NCBI GenBank assembly: GCA_963842815.1
Contig: CAWJHU010000002.1
Location: 1-42,512, forward strand
Reading direction: 5' to 3'
Source of the DNA: Candidatus Nomurabacteria bacterium
GTDB taxonomy: Bacteria; Patescibacteriota; Minisyncoccia; Phycocordibacterales; UBA9973
DNA: 42,512 nucleotides
The first letter of the stretch is position 1, and each line of letters begins with the position of its first letter. This document shows positions 8,959-19,610 of the stretch, piece after piece. Under the pieces are notes generated by a model, which was not told the origin of the DNA, ran no database searches, and was given only the letters and a program-made list of their open reading frames with translations. A program made the position numbers and the translations under genes.

Positions 8959-9201
8959 CTAGCTTCTTGCTTTTATGATAATAGCAAGGACGGCAGATAA
9001 AGTAAAAAGAATTCCACAAACAATGGATAAAATAAAAAGAAAATATTCAAAACCTCGGCGGGTGTGATGAAAGGATTCATTGTTGGTTCCTCCCAGGGCG
9101 CCTCCGGTGTCTGAACCGGATTGCTGAAGCAAAATGGCCGACACTAAAATTACAGAAAGTATTATCTGCGCGTAGGGCAGTATGGTAGCTACTAATTGCA
9201 T
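8959..9201 (-). CDS. secG: Preprotein translocase subunit SecG
   Basis: ILLQQSGSDTGGALGG...HTRRGFE; two TM segments. Confidence 0.9.
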   Translation of the reverse strand: MQLVATILPYAQIILSVILVSAILLQQSGSDTGGALGGTNNESFHHTRRGFEYFLFILSIVCGILFTLSAVLAIIIKARS

Positions 9202-9247
9202 AGAGTTAGTATCTCATAAATAAGCGTAAAAGGCAACTATTTTTTAT

Positions 9248-9889
9248 TTAGCTCAAATCATTCCAGACGATGAGTTTCCATTCGTTTTTTTTGAACCAGT
9301 GAGTAGCATAGGAACAGATGGCCATGCTGGCATTATTAATCGGATTAAAATAACTCAGATTATTATATTGCGAAGCGGAAAGGCTGTCTCCATAAAGCAT
9401 ATAGGAAGCTATCATCTTTAAAAAAATTCCATGGGTAACCACAATAATTCTTTTTTGTCTTCTTCTGCTGATAAAGGCCAGCGCTTTTTTTGCCCTCTTT
9501 TTTAAATCCATAAAATTTTCTTCATCGGAAATCCGCAAATCATCGGCATGATAGCTTTTATCAATGCGGTCGATGATTTGCTTCACTTCTTTTTCTCCGC
9601 CGGAGTGGCCGATAATTTGGGAAGGATTTCTTCTTTCTATCAAAAGATTTGAATATTTGATTCGCAACCCGAGTTCCTTGGCGATAATTTCCGCCGTTTC
9701 TTTGGTGCGCTGAAAAGGACTGGCAATAATAATTTGAGGACGTCCTTTGTGTTTAGGGAATCTCAGAGCGGTGGCCAAAGCCTGGGCTCTGCCTTTTTCG
9801 GTCAAAGAACCTTCCGCCCCCTGTCGGATGTTTTGGGCGTTCAGAATGGTCTCTCCATGTCTTACGAAATATACTAACTTTGTTGCCAT
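9248..9889 (-). CDS. Histidine phosphatase family protein
   Basis: FVRHGET, ASPFQRTKETA, VVTHG. Confidence 0.9.
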   Translation of the reverse strand: MATKLVYFVRHGETILNAQNIRQGAEGSLTEKGRAQALATALRFPKHKGRPQIIIASPFQRTKETAEIIAKELGLRIKYSNLLIERRNPSQIIGHSGGEKEVKQIIDRIDKSYHADDLRISDEENFMDLKKRAKKALAFISRRRQKRIIVVTHGIFLKMIASYMLYGDSLSASQYNNLSYFNPINNASMAICSYATHWFKKNEWKLIVWNDLS

Positions 9890-9917
9890 AGATATATATT
9901 ACAGGGTATTTTTGATA

Positions 9918-9946
9918 TTGACAATGATTTTCCATTAGTATATACT
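9918..9946 (+). promoter_or_regulatory. sigma70-type promoter upstream of the 16S rRNA
   Basis: TTGACA-17 nt-TATACT. Confidence 0.65.
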
Positions 9947-10148
9947 CTTCTAGCGTCTTTCCTCGTATGGAATGACGTTTTAATTTAAACCTCCTTGACA
10001 AATTAATAGTTTTTGAGAACAAGTGCAAGCTTGTTTATTTTTTTTGAATTCCAAGAGCTAGGGCAAAAGTAAAACAAAAATACATTGCTGTTTTTTGTTT
10101 TGTTTCGTTCTAAACCCATACACTTAATTTAAGTGTGTTGGGTAAAAC

Positions 10149-11700
<1,552 letters not shown>

Positions 11701-11870
11701 TTTGAAAATCGTTATAAAGTGCTTTGCATTTTATAGCTTATTGAGTCGGTATTGTGTAGCTCAATTGACTACACAATAGTTTTTATTCAAACTTAAAATG
11801 AGTAAGACTATATGGAAAGACATATAAAATAAAAAAGTTTATATAGAACGAAACAAAACATAGAACAGCA

Positions 11871-11904
11871 AAAAAATACCTCGCGCAAGCGGGGTATTTT
11901 TTTT
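11871..11904 (+). terminator. Intrinsic terminator ending the 16S transcript
   Basis: AAAAAATACCTCGC-GCAA-GCGGGGTATTTTTTTT. Confidence 0.85.
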
Positions 11905-11907
11905 ATT

Positions 11908-12378
11908 CACCTCACCCCGACCCCTCTCCGGAGTACCAGAGAGGGGAGAAATTAGAAGTTCATTTTTTAGACAATTCCTTAATTTTTGTTCTAATTTTAT
12001 TTAAGACGGAATTCAAATTATTTTCTATTTCAGAATTCCAAAATCTTAATTCATAAATATATTTAGATTCCAAATATATTGTCCTTTCTGTGTCGTATTC
12101 TCTGTTTTCTTTTAGATTATGGATAGAACCATCAAGCTCTATGGAAAGTTTTATTTTGGGTACATAAAAATCAAGAATATACATATCAATTGGATATTGT
12201 CTTCTAAATTTTATACCTATGTTGCTATTTCTTAACTCCTGCCAGAGTATTTTTTCTGCTTTTGTTTCTTCTTTTCTCAAATATCTAGCTTTAATTATTG
12301 TTTTAAATTTAGTCACTAAATAATTATATAATAAAATTCCCCTCGCCAGTAATCTGGAGAGGGGGTAGGGGTGAGGTG
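11908..12378. mobile_element. Putative DUF559 cassette bounded by inverted ~41-bp hairpin repeats
   Basis: Left CACCTCACCCCGACCCCTCTCCGGAGTACCAGAGAGGGGA (11908-11947). Right end (12337-12378) reverse-complements to CACCTCACCCCTACCCCCTCTCCAGATTACTGGCGAGGGGAA. Confidence 0.65.
11960..12316 (-). CDS. DUF559 (Vsr-like PD-(D/E)XK) endonuclease domain protein
   Basis: LRKEETKAEKILWQELR...KFRRQYPI..YILDFY...IELDGSIH...D.ERT..L...LRFWN; GTG start. Confidence 0.9.
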   Translation of the reverse strand: MTKFKTIIKARYLRKEETKAEKILWQELRNSNIGIKFRRQYPIDMYILDFYVPKIKLSIELDGSIHNLKENREYDTERTIYLESKYIYELRFWNSEIENNLNSVLNKIRTKIKELSKK

Positions 12379-12393
12379 TGTTATAATAATCAA

Positions 12394-13329
12394 ATGCCAG
12401 AAAAGACTAAAATCAAAGTCGGAATATTGCGGGGTGGGACAGGAAAACATTATGAATCTTCTTTGAAAAGAGGCGGGGAAATTATTTCGCATATTTTGGA
12501 AAATTTGTCTCTTAAATATAAAACAGTTGATATTTTAATTGATAAAAATGGTGTTTGGCATTTAAACGGCATTCCCATAAATTCCTCGGACCTGAATCGT
12601 AAAGTTGATGTAATTTGGAATACTTCAAAACACTCAAGCACAGCTTCTGTTTTGGATAATTTATCTATCCCAAATATAGGGAATGGGTCTTTTTTCGGAG
12701 CTTTGGAAAATAGCAGCGATATGCTAAGAAAACATATGAAAAGTATCGGAGTGCAAATGCCCCAATCCATAATCTTGCCTCTATATCAAAAAGATTTTGA
12801 TGGGCCCAGAGAAAAATATGCCATAAAAAAGGCCAAAGAAGTTTTTGAAAAATTTTCTTCGCCATGGATTGTGAAATCTTTTTCCGATGATTCCAATATG
12901 GGAATACATCTGGCAAAAACATTCGGAGAATTGGCGGAGGCCATAGAAGACGGAGTGGCGCATAAAAAAAGTATTCTAGTGGAAGAATTTATTCCGGGAA
13001 AGGTTGCCTCAATGCATTCGGTGCCGGCATTCCGCGGACAAGACATTTATGTTTTTCCACTTGGAAATACTTTTGGAAATTTTACTCCCGGTGAAAAAGA
13101 AAAATTGATTTCTCTGGTAAAAAATTTACACAACCACATTGGCGCAAAACATTATCTGAAATCAGATTTTATTTTAAATGGGAAAGGCAAAATTTACCTT
13201 TTGGATATTGATGGAATACCGGACCTAAGACCGGATTCGCATTTTTCCCAGGTTTGCGAATCAGTTGGCGCCAAAACGCACCATATAATAGAGCATATTT
13301 TGGAAAAAGCTTTAGAAAAAACGACATAA
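12394..13329 (+). CDS. D-alanine--D-alanine ligase-like ATP-grasp protein with degenerate motifs
   Basis: KVGILRGG N-terminus, PWIVKS, SILVEEFIPG, SDFIL..KIYLLDID.IP. ATG at 12394 preferred over the ORF-track start. Confidence 0.75.
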   Translation: MPEKTKIKVGILRGGTGKHYESSLKRGGEIISHILENLSLKYKTVDILIDKNGVWHLNGIPINSSDLNRKVDVIWNTSKHSSTASVLDNLSIPNIGNGSFFGALENSSDMLRKHMKSIGVQMPQSIILPLYQKDFDGPREKYAIKKAKEVFEKFSSPWIVKSFSDDSNMGIHLAKTFGELAEAIEDGVAHKKSILVEEFIPGKVASMHSVPAFRGQDIYVFPLGNTFGNFTPGEKEKLISLVKNLHNHIGAKHYLKSDFILNGKGKIYLLDIDGIPDLRPDSHFSQVCESVGAKTHHIIEHILEKALEKTT

Positions 13330-13331
13330 AC

Positions 13332-13402
13332 CGGGCCGTAGTATACCGGTCGTACGCATCCTTCGGGAGGATGTAGACTGGGTTCGATTCCCAGCGGCCC
13401 GA
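13332..13402 (+). tRNA. tRNA-Pro (CGG), CCA not encoded
   Basis: CGGGCCG/CGGCCCG acceptor stem; anticodon arm CATCC-TTCGGGA-GGATG; TTCGATT T-loop. Confidence 0.93.
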
Positions 13403-13426
13403 CAATTTGATATAATAAACTCACGA

Positions 13427-13512
13427 AATTATTTTTATCTGTGGCGGGTGATCGCACTCACATAGGCACATATGTTGGAGTTTCGCCATCACCCGCCTCA
13501 AATGAAAATAAT
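13427..13512 (+). ncRNA. Candidate unassigned hairpin RNA
   Basis: GGCGGGTGAT (13443-13452) pairs perfectly with ATCACCCGCC (13488-13497). Outer AATTATTTT/AAAATAATT pairing; TATAAT upstream; terminator downstream. Confidence 0.45.
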
Positions 13513-13516
13513 TCCT

Positions 13517-13544
13517 GCCCCGCCATCGGCGGGGTTTTTATTTT
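13517..13544 (+). terminator. Intrinsic terminator (also member of a short hairpin repeat family)
   Basis: CCCCGCC-ATC-GGCGGGG followed by TTTTTATTTT. Confidence 0.75.
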
Positions 13545-13717
13545 GCAAAGGAAAAGTTATCCACAGTTTTGCTTGGAAACTATTGTATTATCTTCTGATA
13601 TGCGAGATAATTAATATGTTCCCGCAATAATTATTTAAAAATATTTTATTTTTTTATTTGAAATATTTTGAGGTCGTATTATTGCAAACTAAATTAAAAA
13701 GTTAATTTATAAATACT

Positions 13718-13789
13718 ATGGCAAAGAAAAAAAAGGCTGCCAAGAAAGGAAAGAAAAAGGCTGCAAAAAAGGGAAAGAAGCGAGCATAG
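13718..13789 (+). CDS. 23-aa Lys/Ala-rich basic peptide (MAKKKKAAKKGKKKAAKKGKKRA), missed by the ORF track
   Basis: ATG..TAG in an otherwise empty AT-rich gap; internal KKAAKKGKK repeat with synonymous codon variation; own terminator. Confidence 0.7.
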   Translation: MAKKKKAAKKGKKKAAKKGKKRA

Positions 13790-13810
13790 TTTTTTCCCAC
13801 TTCTAAGAGA

Positions 13811-13837
13811 TCTCCCGCCAAAATCGGGGGATTTTTT
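13811..13837 (+). terminator. Intrinsic terminator after the basic peptide ORF
   Basis: TCTCCCG-CCAAAAT-CGGGGGA-TTTTTT. Confidence 0.65.
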
Positions 13838-13862
13838 AGTTTTTTATGCTAATATATTAATT

Positions 13863-16403
13863 ATGGGTTTATATGGCAAAATATTTGGGGATACAAGCTC
13901 CAAATTCATTAAAAATACCAAAAAAACAGTGGTTGAGATAAATGCTCTTGAGGCGGATATTTCAAAGTTGGCTGATGCTGATTTCCCGAAGAAAACACAA
14001 GAATTTAAAGACAGATTAGCTAAAGGCGAGACATTAGACGATATTTTGCCGGAGGCTTTTGCTTTGGTTCGGGAAGCGGCAAAAAGAAATTTAAGTGAAA
14101 GACATTTTGATGTTCAGCTAATAGGAGGCATAGCCCTGCATCAGGGCAGAATTGCCGAAATGAAAACCGGTGAAGGAAAAACTTTGGTGGCCACCCTGCC
14201 ACTTTATTTGAACGCGCTTATGGGAAAGGGTGCCCATCTGGTGACGGTCAATGATTATCTTGCACGTTTAGGCGCAGTGTTGATGGGGCAAGTCTATAAT
14301 TTTTTAGGACTGACTGTCGGCGTTATTAATTCGCAAAATGTTTCTTATTTATACGACCCGAAACATACTGAAGAAGATAAAGAACGCGACACCGTCGGAG
14401 AATTTAAAGTTGTTTATGATTTTTTAAAACCATGTTCGCGCAAGGAAGCCTATGCTGCAGATATTACCTACGGTACGAATCATGAATATGGTTTTGATTA
14501 TTTGCGAGACAATTTAGCCACTTCCATCAATGACCTTGTGCAGAGAGGACATTTTTTTGCCATCGTGGATGAAGTGGACTCCATTTTAATAGATGAGGCG
14601 CGTACTCCGCTCATCATTTCTTCCGCCTCCGGAGACTCCGAAGATTTTTATATTAAATTTTATCAAATTGCCAAACAATTAAAGAGAGACACCGATTACG
14701 AAGTGGATGAAAAGCTGAGAGCCATAACTTTGACGGATGCGGGCATAAGCAAGGCCGAACAGCTCTTGGGGGTGGAAAATATTTACACCGAAAAAGGCAT
14801 TAAATATGTCCATCATTTGGAAACGGCCGTTAAGGCGCAAGCTATTTTTGAAAGGGACAAGGATTATGTGGTAAAGGAAGGAGAGGTGATTATTGTTGAT
14901 CCTTTCACTGGGCGCCTTCAGCCAGGTAGGCGCTGGTCCGAAGGAATTCATCAGGCAATTGAGGCCAAAGAAGGCGTAAAAATTGAAAAAGAAACCCGCT
15001 CCTCCGGCTCTATTACTTTCCAGAATTATTTCAGATTTTATAAAAAACTTTCGGGTATGACAGGTACGGCGGAAACTTCCGCCGAAGAATTTTTGAAAGT
15101 TTATGGCTTGGATGTGATGGTCATACCCACTAATCGTCCGGTCATTCGAGAAGACCACTCGGATTTAATTTTCCAAAGTGAAACCGGTAAATTTAAAGCC
15201 ATCGCTAAAAAAATAAAAGAATTGAATGAAAAAGGCCAGCCGGTTTTAATCGGCACCATTTCCATTGAAAAAAATGAACTCCTTTCTGTTTATCTGAAAC
15301 AAGAGGGCGTGCCCCATGTCATTTTGAATGCCAAAAACCATGAGAAAGAAGGCGAAATAATTGCTCAAGCGGGGAAGAAAGGTGCAGTAACTATCGCCAC
15401 AAATATGGCTGGTCGTGGAATCGACATCAAGCTCGGAGGTAATCCGCACACAGAAGAAGATTATGAATTTGTGAAAAGCGCCGGAGGATTATTTGTGCTC
15501 GGCACTGAACGCCATGAAGCGAGACGCATAGATAATCAATTGCGAGGACGCGCCGGCAGACAGGGAGACCCGGGCGAAACGCAATTTTATGTTTCCCTGG
15601 AAGATGATTTAATGCGTGTTTTTGGTTCGGAGCGAATAAAAACAATGATGGGACGTTTCGGCATTCCGGAAGACCAGCCCATTGAGAATCGTTTTATTTC
15701 CAGGTCTCTTGAAAATGCCCAAGCCAAAATAGAAGGCTTTCATTTTGATGCCCGAAAAAATACGCTTGAATATGATGATGTGATGAACCATCAGCGTAAA
15801 ATTATTTATGAGAGGCGACAAAAAATGATGCTTTTTAACAAAGAAGAAATTGAAAATCTTTTGAAGCAAATTCTAGAAAACAGGAATGAAAAAGAAAAAT
15901 TAGAAAAAATAATTGAAGAAAAAAGAGAAAAACTTGGCGATGAAGGGTTCTTTGAAACAGTCCGCAGAATTGCTCTTTATACTACAGATACCCTTTGGAT
16001 GGAACACTTGGAAGCGATGGATTACCTCCGCTCCTCCGTCAACCTGCGCGCCTATGGCCAACGGGAACCGATTGTGGAGTATAAGAAAGACGGTTTAGCT
16101 ATGTTTAAAGAAATGGAAGAAACCTTTAAAGAACAGGTTTTATCGCTTATTCAAACTATAAATACTGAAAATAGGGTAAATATTCAAGTGGAAGCAAACG
16201 AACCGAAGCAAACCTTGGTTGAAAGCCATAATGAGCCGAAGGAATTTTCTGACACGAAAAAATCCATTGAAAAAAATCTTAATATCGGCCGAAATGATCC
16301 TTGCCCTTGTGGAGCCATTAATCCAGCCACCGGTGAAGTTTTTAAATGGAAAAAATGTGGAATGATCAATGCACCACAGCATCGCAAATCGTTGATTAAT
16401 TAA
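13863..16403 (+). CDS. secA: Preprotein translocase subunit SecA
   Basis: AEMKTGEGKT, DEVDSILIDEARTPLII, ATNMAGRG.DI, RRIDNQLRGRAGRQGDPG, GRNDPCPCG. Confidence 0.98.
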   Translation: MGLYGKIFGDTSSKFIKNTKKTVVEINALEADISKLADADFPKKTQEFKDRLAKGETLDDILPEAFALVREAAKRNLSERHFDVQLIGGIALHQGRIAEMKTGEGKTLVATLPLYLNALMGKGAHLVTVNDYLARLGAVLMGQVYNFLGLTVGVINSQNVSYLYDPKHTEEDKERDTVGEFKVVYDFLKPCSRKEAYAADITYGTNHEYGFDYLRDNLATSINDLVQRGHFFAIVDEVDSILIDEARTPLIISSASGDSEDFYIKFYQIAKQLKRDTDYEVDEKLRAITLTDAGISKAEQLLGVENIYTEKGIKYVHHLETAVKAQAIFERDKDYVVKEGEVIIVDPFTGRLQPGRRWSEGIHQAIEAKEGVKIEKETRSSGSITFQNYFRFYKKLSGMTGTAETSAEEFLKVYGLDVMVIPTNRPVIREDHSDLIFQSETGKFKAIAKKIKELNEKGQPVLIGTISIEKNELLSVYLKQEGVPHVILNAKNHEKEGEIIAQAGKKGAVTIATNMAGRGIDIKLGGNPHTEEDYEFVKSAGGLFVLGTERHEARRIDNQLRGRAGRQGDPGETQFYVSLEDDLMRVFGSERIKTMMGRFGIPEDQPIENRFISRSLENAQAKIEGFHFDARKNTLEYDDVMNHQRKIIYERRQKMMLFNKEEIENLLKQILENRNEKEKLEKIIEEKREKLGDEGFFETVRRIALYTTDTLWMEHLEAMDYLRSSVNLRAYGQREPIVEYKKDGLAMFKEMEETFKEQVLSLIQTINTENRVNIQVEANEPKQTLVESHNEPKEFSDTKKSIEKNLNIGRNDPCPCGAINPATGEVFKWKKCGMINAPQHRKSLIN

Positions 16404-16404
16404 A

Positions 16405-16959
16405 ATGAACATAGAAGTTGAAATAAAAGTAAAAATAGATAATTTTAAAGAAATAAAGAAAAAAGTTTCTTCTTTGGGAAAATTAGTAAAAGCAATAAAT
16501 CAAATTGATGATTACTATATTCCTTCCCAGAGAGATTTTTTTGCTTTTAAGCCTCATCCAGTAGAATGGTTAAGGATAAGAACTAATCCGGATAAAGTTG
16601 TTTTTGAATATACCAGGTCTATAAATCCAAAAGCAGATGGAGATTATGATTATGCGGAAGAATATGAAACCGAAATTTCTAATGTAAAAGAATTTAAGAA
16701 GACTTTAGAATTTTTGGATTTTAAGAAAGTTATAACCATAGAAAAACAAAGAGAATATTGGATGTGTGGAGATATTGAAGTTGCCCTGGATGATGTAAAA
16801 GACCTTGGGTATTTTATAGAAGCGGAAGCGAAGGGGGATTTTAAGGATGAAAAAGAAGCAAAGAAAGAATGCATAAATTTTTTAGAAAAACTTGGTGTTA
16901 AGGATGTTGGGAAAAATTATAACAGGAAAGGATACCCAGAATTGTTTTTGGAAAAATAA
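16405..16959 (+). CDS. CYTH-domain protein (class IV adenylate cyclase/triphosphatase family)
   Basis: EVEIK (ExExK), WLRIR, EEYET, KQREYW, LGYFIEAE, GYPEL. Confidence 0.9.
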   Translation: MNIEVEIKVKIDNFKEIKKKVSSLGKLVKAINQIDDYYIPSQRDFFAFKPHPVEWLRIRTNPDKVVFEYTRSINPKADGDYDYAEEYETEISNVKEFKKTLEFLDFKKVITIEKQREYWMCGDIEVALDDVKDLGYFIEAEAKGDFKDEKEAKKECINFLEKLGVKDVGKNYNRKGYPELFLEK

Positions 16960-16983
16960 TTATTTTAGGAAGATTATAAAAAC

Positions 16984-17568
16984 ATGGAAAATCAGACCAA
17001 TAAAATGCATCCACAGATTTTGGTTATCCCGGGTTCTTTTGTTTTAGTTTCCTCCTATGGAGGAGGATATAACGGCATTGATATTTGGCTAAGAAACGCA
17101 AAGTCATTTGATATAAGCGGAGCGGAATGGATTATAGCCCACAGCGCGGGGGTAAATTATTTATTATCTAAGCCCATCTCAAACAAACAAAAAATTATAT
17201 TGATAAATCCTTTAATAACAAAAAGAAGCCTTTTTAATATATTCATTAGAGATATTCATTTCTTTATAAATGAAGGAATAGATAAAAATATAATTGTTCC
17301 TATTTCCAATTGGCCATTTGCTTTTATGGAAGTTCTAAGGCTATTGAAAATAAATGTTTTAGAAGAGCTCAGAAAAATTCCAAAAGAAAATGTATTTATT
17401 ATAAGGGGTTTGAGAGATAATTATTTCTGCAATAAAGAAAATGCTGACTTGGCGATAAAAGAAGGTTTTACTTTATTTGAAGTGGAGGCTAAACACAATT
17501 GGAATCAAAAAATAGCAGAGAAGGTGAAGGAAATTATAAAAATTTCTGAATTTAAGGAGACTGTTTAA
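16984..17568 (+). CDS. Hypothetical protein, possibly alpha/beta-hydrolase fold
   Basis: IIAHSAG nucleophile-elbow-like motif and late His (AKHNW). Confidence 0.5.
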   Translation: MENQTNKMHPQILVIPGSFVLVSSYGGGYNGIDIWLRNAKSFDISGAEWIIAHSAGVNYLLSKPISNKQKIILINPLITKRSLFNIFIRDIHFFINEGIDKNIIVPISNWPFAFMEVLRLLKINVLEELRKIPKENVFIIRGLRDNYFCNKENADLAIKEGFTLFEVEAKHNWNQKIAEKVKEIIKISEFKETV

Positions 17569-17571
17569 TTT

Positions 17572-18210
17572 ATGAATTCTTTTGACATACAACCGCTCCT
17601 AGATTATCTCGGGCAAATACGGTTATATTCTTTAATTGATATTTTTATTCTTCTCATTGCCACAAAAGCGACCACTTTTGAGTTTATTGGTGCGGTTTTT
17701 TTGCATATTGGATTTTTGGCTTATCTTGAAGCAAGACATAGGCATTCTTATCGTAGAAAAGTTTCAGAATATGAATGGATCGCTCTTTTTATTATTGGTC
17801 TATTGTTTTACGGACATATAGAGGGAATACTATTTATTGTCTGCACTTATATTTATGTATTAAAAACAAAAAAATCTTTTGCTTTGTTTTCTCCGGTTAT
17901 GCGAGGATTCCAATATTTCTTTTTAGTAGCAGGCATAATTGGATATAGTAGTGGACTTGCTTGGATAGCCTTAATTCTCATTACAGTTAGAAATTTTTGT
18001 GGTGATTTGAGAGATATAGTTAAAGATAAAAAAGAAAATTGTAAAACATTACCTGTAATTATGGGGTTAAATAGAGATTTCAAATATATTCACCTTATAG
18101 TTATATTAACTACTACCTTTGTTTGGTTTCAATACACAAATTTGGCATTATGGTTGCTTGCGCCAATTTTCTTGATGCAGATATTAACTTATAATATTAC
18201 GTCTAGATAA
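17572..18210 (+). CDS. Membrane protein, UbiA prenyltransferase-like
   Basis: Multiple TM segments and GDLRDIVKDKKENCKTLPVIMG (UbiA second Asp-rich motif); first motif not evident. Confidence 0.6.
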   Translation: MNSFDIQPLLDYLGQIRLYSLIDIFILLIATKATTFEFIGAVFLHIGFLAYLEARHRHSYRRKVSEYEWIALFIIGLLFYGHIEGILFIVCTYIYVLKTKKSFALFSPVMRGFQYFFLVAGIIGYSSGLAWIALILITVRNFCGDLRDIVKDKKENCKTLPVIMGLNRDFKYIHLIVILTTTFVWFQYTNLALWLLAPIFLMQILTYNITSR

Positions 18211-18252
18211 ACAATAATATATAAAAGGGTAAAGTAAGTTATAATTATAGTT

Positions 18253-19152
18253 ATGTGGTTATTTATAGCATTGTTGGCACCGATATTTTACGGAATCGCT
18301 AACGTTTCTGATAGTTTTCTTGTAAACAAAAATTTCAAAAATCCAATGACGCTTACATTTTACGCGTTTCTTTTTGATATTATTTTTATTCCAATATTGT
18401 TTTTACTTTATCATCCGTCGTTTTCCAATATCTCTATCTCTCTATTGCCGATTTTTATTTTACTCGGAATTATTAATGTTTCATATTTATACCCTTATTA
18501 TAAAGGTCTGCAAAGCGATGATACCTCAACGGCAATGTCTTTTTTTGGATTGGGTAGAATTTTTATCCCTATTTTAGCTTTTTTTATAGTTGGAGAAAAA
18601 CTGTCTTTTGGAGAATATATAGGAATTGCTTTTATTATTATAGGAAGCATACTCTTATCTATGAAAGGTTCTCTGAAAAATATTAAATTCAGTAAAGCTA
18701 TTTTTTACATTTTATTATCTTCATTCATTATTTCATTTGAAGGAGTGTTATTGAAGTATCTTTTTGAACGTGGCGTTTCCGTAAGTACGGGTGTAGCCGG
18801 AGAAATGATATTTTCTTTTCTATTTGTGTTTTTATTTTTATTACGCAAGGAAACGAGATTGGATATTGTGAATAATTTTACAATTTTCAAAAATAAAATT
18901 CCTCTCTTTTTTGTGGAGGAAGGTTCAACTTTTATCGCTTTTGTGTCTGGAAGCTATGCATTAAATATGGCGCCTGTGAGTTTAGTAAAAGGCATCGGAG
19001 CATTAACACCATTTTTTGTTTTAGCATATGCAAAATTATTTGGTAAAAAACTGCCCAATTTATTTAATGAACAAAAAGGAACAGGTATCACATTAAAGAA
19101 AATTATCCTGTTCTCTTTAACTGCGCTAGGGATATTTCTTATAGTAAGATAA
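18253..19152 (+). CDS. EamA/DMT family transporter (two repeats)
   Basis: About 10 TM segments; LYPYYKGL, FFIVGEKLS, APVSLV. Confidence 0.85.
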   Translation: MWLFIALLAPIFYGIANVSDSFLVNKNFKNPMTLTFYAFLFDIIFIPILFLLYHPSFSNISISLLPIFILLGIINVSYLYPYYKGLQSDDTSTAMSFFGLGRIFIPILAFFIVGEKLSFGEYIGIAFIIIGSILLSMKGSLKNIKFSKAIFYILLSSFIISFEGVLLKYLFERGVSVSTGVAGEMIFSFLFVFLFLLRKETRLDIVNNFTIFKNKIPLFFVEEGSTFIAFVSGSYALNMAPVSLVKGIGALTPFFVLAYAKLFGKKLPNLFNEQKGTGITLKKIILFSLTALGIFLIVR

Positions 19153-19176
19153 GATTATTATGTTATTATATTCAAT

Positions 19177-19605
19177 ATGAATATCGGATTTATATATGCC
19201 ATAGGAGCTGCGGTTACTTGGGGATTGGTTTATACGATTGACCAAAGAATTCTCCAAGGAACATCGCCAATGACATTGGTATTCGTAGATTCTTTGATTG
19301 CGGCAATTGTAATGTTGCCAATTGTCTTTTTTGACCATAGTTCAATAAAAACATTACTTTCTTCAGGAAAGACAAATTTATCTCTTATCGTTCTATCCAT
19401 ACTTCTGGCCATTTTCGCAAATTTTTTGATTTTTTCAGCCATAAAATCAGTCGGGGCATCTTCGGCTTCAATCATTGAAATTGCTTATCCGTTTTTTGTG
19501 GTACTTTTTGCCTTTATCTTTTTTAAAATTACACCAAATATTTATTTCTTTATCGGAGGACTACTTATTTTTATAGGCTCAGCTATCATTATGTATTTTC
19601 GTTAA
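19177..19605 (+). CDS. EamA/DMT family transporter (single repeat)
   Basis: AAVTWG, AIKSVGASSASIIEIAYPFF; 5 TM segments. Confidence 0.85.
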   Translation: MNIGFIYAIGAAVTWGLVYTIDQRILQGTSPMTLVFVDSLIAAIVMLPIVFFDHSSIKTLLSSGKTNLSLIVLSILLAIFANFLIFSAIKSVGASSASIIEIAYPFFVVLFAFIFFKITPNIYFFIGGLLIFIGSAIIMYFR

Positions 19606-19610
19606 TAAAT

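Noticed and set aside
13550-13720. Replication origin (DnaA box plus AT-rich tract)
   Set aside because: Only one box, and no dnaA/dnaN nearby; better explained as a promoter region.
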